In this document: positions 26,427-37,027 of the stretch, one piece after another
How the letters are laid out: each line of letters opens with the position of its first letter
Numbering within the stretch: position 1 is the first letter of the stretch
IMG/VR virus record: IMGVR_UViG_3300044742_000189
Location: 1-57,784 of that record
Reading direction: 5' to 3' (one strand)
Origin: a virus
Taxonomy: Duplodnaviria > Caudoviricetes
DNA length: 57,784 bases
The notes under the pieces: generated by a model
The model's input: the letters and a program-made list of their open reading frames with translations, nothing else
Told to the model about the DNA's origin: nothing
The model's database searches: none
Translations under genes and position numbers: made by a program

Positions 26427-27826
26427 ATGGTGAGCTTCGGACCCGATCAATCAGACTGGTGCCTGTTGCACGGGTACGACCACATGCGTCGCGAGGCGGG
26501 CAGCCCGATTTCCGTTTGCGATGCGTGCGATGCCTACTTCGACCCGATCGAGAAGTTGGCAGGGTGGATGAACGCCAACGGCTTTGCGACCGGGCACGGT
26601 GACACGTTCGACAACCTGCTCCGCGAGCTTGATTGGCAGATCAAAGAGCTTCGCGCTCGCAACCGCTAAGGAAGGCCCGCCGTGGCGCACGACCGCGAAG
26701 CATATGCGAAGGCCAAGGCGATCATGGAGAAGTATTGGCCGAAGTACACTGACGAGACTGGGCGCCGGCCTATGTGCAGCATCGATGGAGACTACGTGCG
26801 CTCGCACATCGAGCAGGAGATGGCGCTAGAGTTTGAGCGGCTGGGCGCCGAGAACCGTACACTGCGCAACGTAGGCATTTCGCAGTTGGAACAGATCAAC
26901 CGGCTGCTCGCCCAGCAGACCAACAATTGAGCCCGCTATGTGGAAGACGGGCATGTACTGGCGATGGACGAGCCCGCACCAGATCACGGTCTATAACCGG
27001 CTCGGTCAGATCGTGTGCGTGTTCAACAGCATCGAAGACCTGCGCCGATGGGTGGCAGGGAAACGGTAACGGAGGCCCAATGAAACGCTTGGAAGGCATG
27101 ACCCAGAAAGAGCTAGAGGCGTACATTGCTGAGCGCACGACGTGGCATCCGGCAACCAAATCACGCGCGATCCTCGACGCACAGCGATTGCCGCGCCTGA
27201 GCGACGATGAGGTTAAGGAGACGCTCAATGCAATCCGCAAGCGCAACCTAAACTGAGGCCGCCCTCGTGACCGACATCGTTCAACTTCTCCGCGAGTACG
27301 ATAGCGGCAAGGCGTTCGTCACAGTCATCGACAGCATTACGGAGCAGGCGGCCGACGAGATCGAGGCGCTGCGCGCTGCACTGATCGAGCGCCGCGTCAT
27401 GGACAGCCACGAGAGGCCCTCTCAGATGCCGAGACCGTATCCGCCAGAACTGACAGAGCAGGAGAGGCGCCTAGACCGCGCGCTGTGCTGTTTCTGCAAT
27501 CAAGCGGGTGATCCGTTCCAGCCAGCATCTCAATGGGACGAGTACGTCAGGCGCGATCTAGCCGAACTCGCGGCCGCATATAATGAGTGGTACAAACTCA
27601 AGGTCATGCAGAAATGACGCTAGATGAATTGGTGCGCGAGACCCTGACCGAGAAGAACCGCCGACTGCGGCAGGAGAAGTGCAAACACAAAGAGACGTAC
27701 TCGCAGAGATGCGACGGGCCTAGCGGCTCATTCGCCTCCGGATTCTGCTGGGACTGCGGCAAGCCGTGGCGCTCAGAAGTCACGCCATCAGTAGCAAAGC
27801 AGCGATGGCGATCGAGGCCGCGTTAA
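26427..27826 (+). CDS. Rightward run of small hypothetical ORFs (26427..26669, 26682..26930, 27080..27256, 27267..27617, 27614..27826)
   Basis: Consecutive ORFs with SD motifs; TDIV...AADEIEALR motif common in phage ORFs. Confidence 0.55.
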
Positions 27827-27871
27827 CGCACCAGCGGCATTTCGTGTGGGCCATGTACCAGTCATAAAACG

Positions 27872-28180
27872 CTACAATCCTGCGAGCCAGCCGAGGCTTG
27901 AGGAGATAAGACGCGCCAAATAACGCAGCCCCGGCAATACCAGCGTCCAGAGTGAGACCGCCAGCAAAACTAGCAGCGGCCACGTTGTCAGGAGCAACCG
28001 CAGAAGCGAAACGACCCGCGACGATATCTCCACCGCCCCCTTGATCCGCGCCCATCTCTCGGCGGATGTCTCCGATGATGTCGTCAACCGAGACTCGAGC
28101 GCCGTGATGCGGCCGTCGTGACTCGAAAGCCTCGCCTGCAGCACCCGCAGACGAGCCCAGAAGATCCCCTCGAGCTCCAT
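27872..28180 (-). CDS. Coiled-coil plus TM membrane protein at the end of the lysis module (holin/antiholin candidate)
   Basis: HDGRITALE coiled coil, then a hydrophobic helix. Confidence 0.55.
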   Translation of the reverse strand: MELEGIFWARLRVLQARLSSHDGRITALESRLTTSSETSAERWARIKGAVEISSRVVSLLRLLLTTWPLLVLLAVSLWTLVLPGLRYLARLISSSLGWLAGL

Positions 28181-28223
28181 GGTCGGTCATCCGTCTTCCC
28201 CCTCACGCTCCCCCGAGCGCGAT

Positions 28224-28478
28224 TTAAGTTGTCGGCGGCTTCACCTCATCAACTTGGCACGGCGCCTTATACACAACGGCTTTCTTGCCCTTGACGCTCG
28301 CAAGGTAGGAGTTTTGCGCGGCTATCTGCTGCTGCTGCCAGCATGGGGATTTGGTGGAGTTCTGCACCCTCGGCAGCCCATCCAGCAGTTTAGTCGTTGC
28401 GGGTAGTGGGATCTCGCTTCCCGCGCACCCGCTTATCAAGAGAGCCAGCGGCAGCGCCGCCACCAAGCTTGGTCGCAT
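28224..28478 (-). CDS. o-spanin (Rz1-like lipoprotein)
   Basis: MRPSLVAALPLALLISGC lipobox; overlaps the i-spanin gene in another frame. Confidence 0.75.
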   Translation of the reverse strand: MRPSLVAALPLALLISGCAGSEIPLPATTKLLDGLPRVQNSTKSPCWQQQQIAAQNSYLASVKGKKAVVYKAPCQVDEVKPPTT

Positions 28479-28641
28479 TGTCGTTCGCCTTCTCGATGTT
28501 ATCAACAACGCGCTCGGTGGCGCGGGTCTCAACTCGTGCGTCATGGACAAGCAGCCACGCGAAGAACGACGCTGCTAGAACTGCGGCGCATGCCGTGGCT
28601 CGCGCGATTGGCGATAGCAATAGGCTCATGCCGGCCTCCAC
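28390..28641 (-). CDS. i-spanin (Rz-like)
   Basis: N-terminal TM, then a periplasmic helix; follows the endolysin. Confidence 0.7.
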   Translation of the reverse strand: MEAGMSLLLSPIARATACAAVLAASFFAWLLVHDARVETRATERVVDNIEKANDNATKLGGGAAAGSLDKRVRGKRDPTTRND

Positions 28642-29555
28642 AGACGCTTGATGCGTTCAGCTATCTGCGGCCAGAACCAGACCCCGGCGATGACGATTGC
28701 AACGGCCACGGCCAGCACGGGAGCGCTGATCGCGGCCTTGGCAAAACCGGATACCTTCTCGCTTGCGGCCTGCCACACGCTCAAGCTGGAAACCGTATCA
28801 AGCCAGCTCTGGGGCACGTTAGGGATAGCCGCGAGCGTTGTGGCCGTTCCCGCCAGCGCCATGGGCTTCGCGCTCGACGGGGCCTCCGGGGCGGTGTCCG
28901 GCTTGCCCTTGCCGCCCCAGATGCTCCACGCCTTGGCGAACCACGCCCGGCGGTCGCTCATGCCTACCGGCTTCACGTTGGAGGTCGCGGAGCCCGTATT
29001 GATCGCCTTGCTGACTTTGACGATGTCGTTTTCGTCTGCCCACTTGTTGCATTCGCTGTGCACCCATTCGGCGCAAGCGAAGCGAAGAGTGAGGAGCGGG
29101 TCATCCAGGGAGTGGGGAGACGGCGCGACGCCCAGCTCCTTGCAATACTTGTCGACGGCGTAACGACCCGTGGTCTGTAGCCACATTCCGCCCCGATAGT
29201 CATAGCCGTCCGACGTGCCAGGGCGGTTTCCCATGCGCCCGCCATAAACGGCATCGGCCAGCTTGATTTGATCGGCACACAGGTCGGCTAGATAGGCGTC
29301 AGACTTGTCGCGGAAGCGCGACGGCCATACCTCGCGCAGCCGCGACGGGCGATAGGCTAGGCTTTCGCGCAGCACGACAAAGCCGCCCGTCTCGGCCCCG
29401 CACTGAGCGAAAAAATGCGCTGCACGAAGGCTGTTGTCCAAGATCCCCGCATCGCGCAATATGTGTACATTGTCCAGAAGCGTGTCCACATAGACGGGCC
29501 GAGCACGCGGCGCGAACTTGCGCAAGTCTTCGCGGGTGATGGTCAAGGAGGTCAT
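28626..29555 (-). CDS. Endolysin, glycoside hydrolase family 19, with C-terminal TM segment
   Basis: AHFFAQCGAETGGF...ESL.Y, YGGRMGN...DGYDYRGG..LQTTGR, VSKAIN. Confidence 0.9.
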   Translation of the reverse strand: MTSLTITREDLRKFAPRARPVYVDTLLDNVHILRDAGILDNSLRAAHFFAQCGAETGGFVVLRESLAYRPSRLREVWPSRFRDKSDAYLADLCADQIKLADAVYGGRMGNRPGTSDGYDYRGGMWLQTTGRYAVDKYCKELGVAPSPHSLDDPLLTLRFACAEWVHSECNKWADENDIVKVSKAINTGSATSNVKPVGMSDRRAWFAKAWSIWGGKGKPDTAPEAPSSAKPMALAGTATTLAAIPNVPQSWLDTVSSLSVWQAASEKVSGFAKAAISAPVLAVAVAIVIAGVWFWPQIAERIKRLWRPA

Positions 29556-29623
29556 TTTATCCGCCCTCCCCGCTTGAGGGTTTCAGCTAGACAAGATTGG
29601 AAGCGATCTGGCATGGTCTGTAG

Positions 29624-31243
29624 TCATCCCGTCCAGAGCGCCGATAGCACAAAGTCATCCTCGCCACCGAACTGAGCTGGCGTGCCTTGAGTATTGGGGG
29701 CGATTTCGAGCGCCGTAACCACGTTGATGCCCAGGCTTGGAACCTGGATGAACTCGGCGGATATAGTCATGTCGTTGTCGTCAGCGGACGGATTTGTGAT
29801 TGAGGCGGCGCCCTGCCTTCCGCTGAGTGCGCTCGTCGAGTTCCAACCTATGCCAACGTAAGATGCTTGGGTCTTCGAGCCACCTCCAGGAACGGCCACC
29901 GTGACACGCTGCGTGTTTCGCAGAATGTACATCTCCTCGGCGAGACCCTGAAACACCGTCAGGCTGTTGGCGCTGGAGCCGTTCGCTGCTCTCCATGTGT
30001 TGGTATTGTAGGCCCACGACGCGGTCGAATCCCCAGCCTTCAGAATAATGGGCTTGCGGTGGAAGGCATTCCAGATGCCCCACTTGCGCGACTGTCCCCA
30101 ACTGCGATGACACGTAACCTGCCCCGCCACCCCGTCGATGAAGAGCGACCCGACATAGGTCGCCTGATTGGCGGATAAGCTATAGGTCGTCGCACTATTG
30201 CGAGCCGTCATGGCGTTGGCATTAGTCAGCAGGCCGCCAACGCGGGACAGCCCCGTTGTTCCTGCCCCCGAGCCACGCGCGCATGATCCGGCCGTTATTG
30301 TCGACCATGCCGGGCCTGTTCCTACCGTTACGGCTCCCCCCGATGGATTCAAAAAGATGAACACATCATAGATGGAACTGAGCACGTGAGACGCCGACAG
30401 CGTCAAGGTCAATTCGGCAAATGTCTTCTGCACCATTATCGAGCCATCGTAGATCGGCACGAAGTTGCCGGCATATGGTGTGTAATAGATGACGGTGGCT
30501 GATGTGACATCTGCCGCGATCACTGGCGTTGCGCTTGTTGGGGTAAGGTAGCCCTGCGGATGCGGCAGCGCCGTCGCGGTGGCGACGCCGGCATCTTGCC
30601 CAATCATCCTAAAGTCTGTTGCATTGCAGATGATCTCAAACCCCTCGCCAACAGCGAGGTCGCGAGAGGTAAAAGTGCTGCCCTCGAAACGGATGTTCTG
30701 GGATGCCGATAGATTCACGGTATTGGCGCTGCCGGAGTTGCGTATTTTGCAGGACCAGCCATCGCCCAGCGTTGCTGCCGCCGTGAGCGTCAACGTAAAC
30801 GTGCCACCCGTAGCGTTGACCTCTACCAGCTTGGATCGATCGGCGGCTACAATCGTATAGTCTGCCGTCTTGGATATGACGGACTGCGTCAGGGTCGACG
30901 TTGATCCCGTCGTCAGGAACGTCGAGGTATCAATCGCCCCCTTGATGTTGTCGAGGGACATGATTGTGTTGTCGTCGGAATCCGTGATGACGAGCTTGTA
31001 TGCCGCCGTCCCCGTGTAGACCATGACCTCCGTGTTTGAGCCAGACGATGCAACGGGAGCGCCAAGGCTATCCGTGTAGACGGTTGAGCCAAGTGAGGAC
31101 GACAACCCGGAGTTGGAATAGACGGTCTTCGGCGTTGTGGTGCCGACATCGTAAAATTTCAGTTTCGCCCCAGACAGCGGGGCTCCAGTTTCGTCGTCGG
31201 TGACGCGAAAGCCGGGCGGGAAGATCTGGACGGAGTCCGTCAT
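29624..31243 (-). CDS. Tail fibre/spike-like virion protein
   Basis: N-terminal head-binding-like GAPLSGAKLKFY..GTTTP.TVY; Ser/Thr-rich beta structure. Confidence 0.75.
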   Translation of the reverse strand: MTDSVQIFPPGFRVTDDETGAPLSGAKLKFYDVGTTTPKTVYSNSGLSSSLGSTVYTDSLGAPVASSGSNTEVMVYTGTAAYKLVITDSDDNTIMSLDNIKGAIDTSTFLTTGSTSTLTQSVISKTADYTIVAADRSKLVEVNATGGTFTLTLTAAATLGDGWSCKIRNSGSANTVNLSASQNIRFEGSTFTSRDLAVGEGFEIICNATDFRMIGQDAGVATATALPHPQGYLTPTSATPVIAADVTSATVIYYTPYAGNFVPIYDGSIMVQKTFAELTLTLSASHVLSSIYDVFIFLNPSGGAVTVGTGPAWSTITAGSCARGSGAGTTGLSRVGGLLTNANAMTARNSATTYSLSANQATYVGSLFIDGVAGQVTCHRSWGQSRKWGIWNAFHRKPIILKAGDSTASWAYNTNTWRAANGSSANSLTVFQGLAEEMYILRNTQRVTVAVPGGGSKTQASYVGIGWNSTSALSGRQGAASITNPSADDNDMTISAEFIQVPSLGINVVTALEIAPNTQGTPAQFGGEDDFVLSALWTG

Positions 31244-31249
31244 CTCGTG

Positions 31250-32812
31250 CTATTCTTTCTTGCGGGGATTGCCGGCAAAGTGGCCGGTATCGCCTTCATG
31301 GTAACGGGTGACGCCATCCTTGCCCTTACTCTTGGTGAAGACGCGAGGCTCAAGTGCAGATTGACTGGGCGAAGCTACGGGAGACGGCAGTTGACGTTGG
31401 GCCGGACCGCCAGCGAGCCCGTTTCTTGCGACTCCTAGCGCCGTTCCTTCCGGCACTAGCGTTGCTGGGGGTGTGCCTGATATTCCCTGATTACCCCCAC
31501 CGGGCGGTAGCCCTCCACTACTTGGTCCCCCTGGGCCTCCTAGCTGCGGCCCTTGACGCCCTCCTCCTCTGAATGGTGAGGCCAAAGCGTTAGCGCCCTT
31601 CGCAAGAAGGGAGGCAACTAGTGACCCTCCGTAACCTCCGACAGCACCCTCTACTCCACCATAGAGGCTTCGCTCGGTCAGCTTGGTCGGGTCATAAAAT
31701 TCCTTTGAGGCTGCCGAACGGATCGGGTTCTCCTCTGGGAGACCTCTGGCGTACGCTTGCCATTCTGCGCGCCTAGTGGGCTTGCCAGCGGGGTCCGTTG
31801 GCGGTAGGTCGCGGCTATATTCCTCGTATGCCTCACGAGTAGGATTGTAGGCTGGGGGACCAATATAGGCATCATACCCGAGCGGGCCATTGGCGCCCAC
31901 CACGCCTTCGGGAATGCCAACACCTATGGGGAACGCATACTTTGCAATGGGGTTGTTACCGCCAACCAACCGACTAACTGCACCAGTAATGGCGGGGAGA
32001 ATTGCCGGCGTGTAACCTGCGGTCGTATCATAGAATTTTTTTGTGTCCGAATCCTCGAATCTTCCCCTTTTGGCCTTGGCTAACGCATCCTGGAGCTTGC
32101 CCTCTGCGTTGGCCACCTGGCTGTCATATTGCTCGCGATCCTTGCGTGCAGCCTCTGTCTTGAGGGTGCGCTGGGCATCGGCCTCTGCTTCATCTTTTCT
32201 GATGGAGGAATCTTGTTTCTTGCGCGTTTCTTCTATCTCAAGCATACGCCGCTGGCGTGGCGTGAGCCCCTGCGCCTGCGCCTGCGATGGATCGAGCAAC
32301 CCCAGATCCTTTGCTGCGGCGCCTGCATACCCAGCCCCAAGCGAGCCGAGTACAATTCCGGGGCGCATAAGGGCTGCTCCACTCGCGGCTCCCGCCCTTG
32401 AAACATTGGCGATGGACGGATCGATCATCGCATCCCCAACCGCATCGCCGGCTCGAGCCAAGCCAGGAACGAATGTGAGCTCGGCCGCCGTTCCAGCGGT
32501 GCGCCCCAGCTCATTCATCTGCTCTTCCGGCAGCATATTGGCCATCCGCTCGCCGCCAGCCCGGAAATAGTCTAGGGGTGAGGACACGATGGACGGCGTT
32601 GGGGGCGCCGCGCTGCGGGCCTCATGCCTTGGGGCCAGCGGCGGCAAATACGGAAGCTGCCCAGGCCGCACCCTCGGCCTATCCAGCGCGGTCGCAGCCG
32701 TCCTCACGGCTTCCTGTGGGCTTGCGCCAGCTCTTTCAAGCTCGGCCGCAAGAGCTGCCAAGGCTTCCTCAAAGGATACGGGAGCGCCGCTTGAGTTTTC
32801 GGCCATTGCCAT
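31250..32812 (-). CDS. Probable internal virion/ejection protein
   Basis: 520 aa, Ala/Gly-rich, coiled coil; in the ejection cluster. Confidence 0.6.
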   Translation of the reverse strand: MAMAENSSGAPVSFEEALAALAAELERAGASPQEAVRTAATALDRPRVRPGQLPYLPPLAPRHEARSAAPPTPSIVSSPLDYFRAGGERMANMLPEEQMNELGRTAGTAAELTFVPGLARAGDAVGDAMIDPSIANVSRAGAASGAALMRPGIVLGSLGAGYAGAAAKDLGLLDPSQAQAQGLTPRQRRMLEIEETRKKQDSSIRKDEAEADAQRTLKTEAARKDREQYDSQVANAEGKLQDALAKAKRGRFEDSDTKKFYDTTAGYTPAILPAITGAVSRLVGGNNPIAKYAFPIGVGIPEGVVGANGPLGYDAYIGPPAYNPTREAYEEYSRDLPPTDPAGKPTRRAEWQAYARGLPEENPIRSAASKEFYDPTKLTERSLYGGVEGAVGGYGGSLVASLLAKGANALASPFRGGGRQGPQLGGPGGPSSGGLPPGGGNQGISGTPPATLVPEGTALGVARNGLAGGPAQRQLPSPVASPSQSALEPRVFTKSKGKDGVTRYHEGDTGHFAGNPRKKE

Positions 32813-32821
32813 TTATCCCTT

Positions 32822-33316
32822 TTAGTACGGCGCGTCAGGCAGCACGGGGACGCCACCCTCGCCTATTTTGGGATCCTGAGTGCGCCCAGTGCCGACTGAG
32901 AACCCGACATATCCGGCGTTGCCCCAAGCAGGCAGGGCCTGGCGGTATCGCAAGGCCAATGCTGCGAGGCCCCCATGAAGCAACAGGCCCTGATTGAGGT
33001 ATGCCTTATCGCCAACCAAAGATCTGGGAAGGTACCAAGGAAGATCATAGTTGGGTTGCGCTTTCCCCAATTCGCTCCGAACGGCTTTCTCAAGCTCCGT
33101 TTCACTTTGCGAGGTTGTCTTTTCGCTAGGGACAAAACCAGCCAAGGGGCGCGTGCCGCTCAAAGTAACGCGCGCTTTCGTTCCGAGCCCTAGCGCCAGT
33201 TCAATGGGGTCGGGTGGCCGCATGAGGTCATTCTGAAATAATTGCGCTTGGCGCATGGCCTCATCGTAGGCACCCCGTCCATCATTCCCCATCTTGTTTT
33301 TCCAGTCTTCGGCCAT
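32822..33316 (-). CDS. Small ejection-cluster protein, paralog of 45428..45955
   Basis: AGGAG SD; PNYDLPWYLPRSLVGDKAYLNQGLLLHGGLAA...GNAGYVGFSVGTGRTQDPK. Confidence 0.7.
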   Translation of the reverse strand: MAEDWKNKMGNDGRGAYDEAMRQAQLFQNDLMRPPDPIELALGLGTKARVTLSGTRPLAGFVPSEKTTSQSETELEKAVRSELGKAQPNYDLPWYLPRSLVGDKAYLNQGLLLHGGLAALALRYRQALPAWGNAGYVGFSVGTGRTQDPKIGEGGVPVLPDAPY

Positions 33317-33396
33317 TGGCCTATCTTGCTCCTGGTGGGAGATGAGGGTAGAAAGCGCAGATGCGGGGAAGATTTGCGCTGTATTTCCTGCTCGGC

Positions 33397-35793
33397 CTAA
33401 TGCAGCCGGGGCTGTTGTTCTATTGGCTGTTGCTCATTGGGGCGCTCGCCGACCCCATTTTCAGCGGCGACAGCCCGGTAGATGGGAAGTAAAGCCTGGT
33501 CCTTCTGAGCCAGATCACCCAGCCGATTGACCACGACTTGCAGTCTCGCGGTGTTTGCGTTGATGCGTGATCGCGCAACGGCAGCGCGCACCTGAGCATA
33601 GGTCGTCATCCAGCGAACATAGGCCGGCCTCGACATGAGGATTGAAGCAGCGAGACCCGATCCAGCAACGCCAAGAGGGACGGCAATATTGCCGGCAGCG
33701 ATCGACCCAGCCGATCCAACCAAGGCGGTTAGATTCATGGCGTTGGTGCCGCTGCGAGATCGGTTGGCGGTTTTTTCCACATTGGCCAGCCGCGACACGA
33801 CATGAATGAAGTTGTCGATGTCCTTCTTGAGTTCGCCGCCAAACAACAAATTGCGCGCCTCTGGGCTCATCGCCTGCCAACGCGTCAATGCCGACTCCAT
33901 GGAGAATTTGGCTTCTTGCACTATGCCGCCCGCCGATGCTTGCGGCTTTCCGAGCTCCTCGAAGACCATCCTAGATACTTGGCTTCGTTCTTCCGGTCGA
34001 AGGACAGCCAATGACGTGCGCAACATCTGCATGTTGCCCTTGGTGCCATCCAGGGCTGATCGAATGAGTAGGCCAGCAGCGGCTTGCGGGTTCTCGGTGC
34101 CAACCAGCTTGGCAAAGCGATCCATGCGCTCCATGCCCATGCGCGTATAGCGATCAGCCCGACGCAGCGCATAGAGCGCGCCCTCGGCTTTTCTGGCAGC
34201 GTCCAGGCTGACGGCATCGGCGCGGTTATTGCCAAGCCGCGATTGGATGCGCGCGCGATTGGCGAGATCCATGACGCCCACCTCTATGTCGCGCGAGATG
34301 GCGCCATAGAGATGCTTGAGCTGCGAACGGTCCAGGCGCGCATCATAGATGCCGAAGTTGGACAGCGAGCGTCCGATCTCCGTTCGCATCAGCTTGAGAT
34401 CGGGGAGCGTCACGTTGGTCTTGACGCGGTCGGCCATGCCGGCGAAGCGTCCGCCTACAATGCCCCCAGAAATGCCAGCCTTAGCCTCGGCCGCGGCCAT
34501 TTGCTGAAATGCATTCTTGGTGTTTACCGCCGCCATCAAATCCGGGTTGGCCGCGCTGTTGATTTTGAGCTTGGCGGGAATTTGATTCCATGCGTGCTCA
34601 AACAACGCTTCCTGCCGCGCAGCAAAGGACGTGTCGGCGCTTGGTGCGCGAATGATGCGGTTGAGCTCCGCTTGGCTCATGTCCTCGGCACCGCGCCGGG
34701 CGGTGATTGTTTCGTTGAGCGGACGGGCGGCAGGAACGGTTGCGCCGCGCGCCGTCGTTGCTTGCGCCGTCTCGCCGCTGGCTACTCGGATTAGCCCGGC
34801 CTGCTCCAGGCGCTCCGCAGCTCCCTGCGTCATGGTTGTGCGCGGCTGAACGGGCGCCCGCGCCGCAATACCCATGTTCTCCAACACGCCTGGCTCAAGA
34901 TCACGAATGCCTGCTGTGCGGTAGCGGTCCAGGCCGCGCTGTAACGCAGCGCCAGTTTGCTCGACGCTGGCAGAGGGCGCAATCGCATCGGCGATCCTGC
35001 TGCCAGCCGCTGCTGTATCCTTATAGCTCTCCTCCAGCGCGTTACGGAGCGGCCCGCCTATAACTGGCGTCTCGGTCAACTGCTTGGCGATAGACGCAAC
35101 GGGGCCTTGGTTGAAGGCTGGGCCGAACCTGCGAACATCCAAATCCTTGAAGGCTTGCGCATCGCGCGCGGCTGCTGCCGCGCGCTCCGTCGCCATAGCG
35201 GCACCAGTCTTGGTGCCGAACGTCTCAACGGCGCGGGCGCCTTGCGCTGCACGCTCGGCCGCGCCGAGAGCTTGCACGCTGCGCTGAATGCCCGCGATCG
35301 GGCCGACGACCATTCCCTCAAGCAGCCCCTGCGCACCGCTGGCGCGCGGCTGATTGGTCAGCGCCTCTGCCTCGGCGCCCGCGCTCCTTTCGTGTCGCGC
35401 GTAGACGGCGAGCTTGCCGGTTTCTGGATCGCGAGCGACGAAATCCTTAGCCGGGTTGATGCGCAGCTCTGCCGGCTTCCCGGTCGCTGGGTCGACCCCG
35501 TGGTATCCCTCGCCCCACTCGAACTGCTGGAAGTCACCAAGCCTGGTTGGCTGCTTCGGTGCGTTTGGAGATAGAGCGTAGTTGGATACCTTTTGCTTGC
35601 GGGCGAGATCGGCATCGGCTTGCGCTTGCGCGGCGACATCGACGCCTTTTGAGAGGCTAAGGTTTACGTCTGGCTGCTGGAAATCCTCCCACGGCCCGCC
35701 AGACGGCGGCGATGCCGGCGACGGCACGACTTGCGCCTTCGCCATGGGCAACTGATAGTCTTCCCAAGGTCCGCTCACTGAGCCCGTTCCCAA
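33397..35793 (-). CDS. Large DNA ejection protein (P22 gp16-like position)
   Basis: GPWEDY/GPWEDF N-terminal repeats, NRSRSG motif, C-terminal hydrophobic hairpin. Confidence 0.7.
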   Translation of the reverse strand: MGTGSVSGPWEDYQLPMAKAQVVPSPASPPSGGPWEDFQQPDVNLSLSKGVDVAAQAQADADLARKQKVSNYALSPNAPKQPTRLGDFQQFEWGEGYHGVDPATGKPAELRINPAKDFVARDPETGKLAVYARHERSAGAEAEALTNQPRASGAQGLLEGMVVGPIAGIQRSVQALGAAERAAQGARAVETFGTKTGAAMATERAAAAARDAQAFKDLDVRRFGPAFNQGPVASIAKQLTETPVIGGPLRNALEESYKDTAAAGSRIADAIAPSASVEQTGAALQRGLDRYRTAGIRDLEPGVLENMGIAARAPVQPRTTMTQGAAERLEQAGLIRVASGETAQATTARGATVPAARPLNETITARRGAEDMSQAELNRIIRAPSADTSFAARQEALFEHAWNQIPAKLKINSAANPDLMAAVNTKNAFQQMAAAEAKAGISGGIVGGRFAGMADRVKTNVTLPDLKLMRTEIGRSLSNFGIYDARLDRSQLKHLYGAISRDIEVGVMDLANRARIQSRLGNNRADAVSLDAARKAEGALYALRRADRYTRMGMERMDRFAKLVGTENPQAAAGLLIRSALDGTKGNMQMLRTSLAVLRPEERSQVSRMVFEELGKPQASAGGIVQEAKFSMESALTRWQAMSPEARNLLFGGELKKDIDNFIHVVSRLANVEKTANRSRSGTNAMNLTALVGSAGSIAAGNIAVPLGVAGSGLAASILMSRPAYVRWMTTYAQVRAAVARSRINANTARLQVVVNRLGDLAQKDQALLPIYRAVAAENGVGERPNEQQPIEQQPRLH

Positions 35794-37022
35794 CTATTAG
35801 CGTCGGCAGGATTGCCGCCCTTGAAGCGGTACGGCACGCCATCGCGACCAGTTTTGACTGTGCCGGGAGCCGGCGCCTGCGGCAGCGCACCCGTATTCTG
35901 CTTCTGGACTTGAGGCCCAGCCGCCGGCCCGTTCTGCACCTTCGTCACGCCGCTCAGATCAAACGGAACCTGCTTGTTGACCTCAGCCATGATGGCCGGC
36001 GTATCTGGCGGCATGCCGCGCTTATAGAACTCCATCTCTAGCTGATGCTTGATCATGGAGCGCTGGGCGACGGCTTTCAGCACGGGAAGCGCCGCCGGCA
36101 ATGTGGACGGGTCGGATTGCAAACTCGCAGTTGCGCGCTCGCTAGCGATCATGTCGAGGTTGGATGCTGGCTTGAGCTGCTTCGTGAGTTCGAACACGCC
36201 TTTTTGAGCGAGAAACTGGAACAGCTCGGTAGGCGCAATTGAGGGGTCTTTGATGCCAAGCTGCGTACCGAGCTTGCGCAACTGCAGCAACTGTGGCCCA
36301 GCAAAGCCAGTCTTGGCATACGGCGCCAATTCCTCGAGCGTGCCCATGATGTTGTGGGTATCGGCGGCATCCCCGTATAGCCTGCTGGATTCCGCGTAGA
36401 GCTTCGGTGCCTCGGTCTTCGCGAACTCCTTGCCGAAGATGAGCGCGCCTTGCGGACCCGCGTTTGACACGGGCGGCGCCTCCATCTGATTGTAGTATTC
36501 GCCGGTGACGGCGTTGACCTGAGTCTTGGCCTTCGACTGCTGCATGGCGAGCGCGCCCTTGCCGGTGGCCTCCGCCGTCTGCGCTGCCTGCAGCGCCGCG
36601 GCGCCTGGGTCTTTGTATCCATGCGCGATCTGAGATGTGAAATGCCCAACCAGAGCGGGATTGCTTTGCCAGCCTGGCGGGAGCGCCCTATCCAGCATCT
36701 CCCTCATTTTTGGGTGGGAATAAATCTGCTGGACATATTGCTGTTGTTTGGCAGGGTCAGTCTCAGCAAGAATGGCCTGCCCGATCCCGCCAAAACGCTG
36801 CGACAAGTTCTTCTCATATTCCAGCTTACCCGTATCGACTTGCTGCTGTGCCGTCTGCACCTTGAACGGCTGCAAGGCCCTCTCGAACCCAAGCCGCTCC
36901 CCCTCGAAGCCGAGGCGCTTCTCTTCCATGGCGAGCTTGTTGCGCGCCACTTCATTCAGCGCATTCTCCTGCAGAGACTGGTTGAGGGAATTGAAACCCT
37001 CAAGCGCATCATAGCGGCCCAT
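35775..37022 (-). CDS. DNA ejection protein (gp20-like position)
   Basis: Gln/Ala-rich; C-terminal YRFKGGNPADANSWE motif. Confidence 0.65.
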   Translation of the reverse strand: MGRYDALEGFNSLNQSLQENALNEVARNKLAMEEKRLGFEGERLGFERALQPFKVQTAQQQVDTGKLEYEKNLSQRFGGIGQAILAETDPAKQQQYVQQIYSHPKMREMLDRALPPGWQSNPALVGHFTSQIAHGYKDPGAAALQAAQTAEATGKGALAMQQSKAKTQVNAVTGEYYNQMEAPPVSNAGPQGALIFGKEFAKTEAPKLYAESSRLYGDAADTHNIMGTLEELAPYAKTGFAGPQLLQLRKLGTQLGIKDPSIAPTELFQFLAQKGVFELTKQLKPASNLDMIASERATASLQSDPSTLPAALPVLKAVAQRSMIKHQLEMEFYKRGMPPDTPAIMAEVNKQVPFDLSGVTKVQNGPAAGPQVQKQNTGALPQAPAPGTVKTGRDGVPYRFKGGNPADANSWERAQ

Positions 37023-37027
37023 TGACG

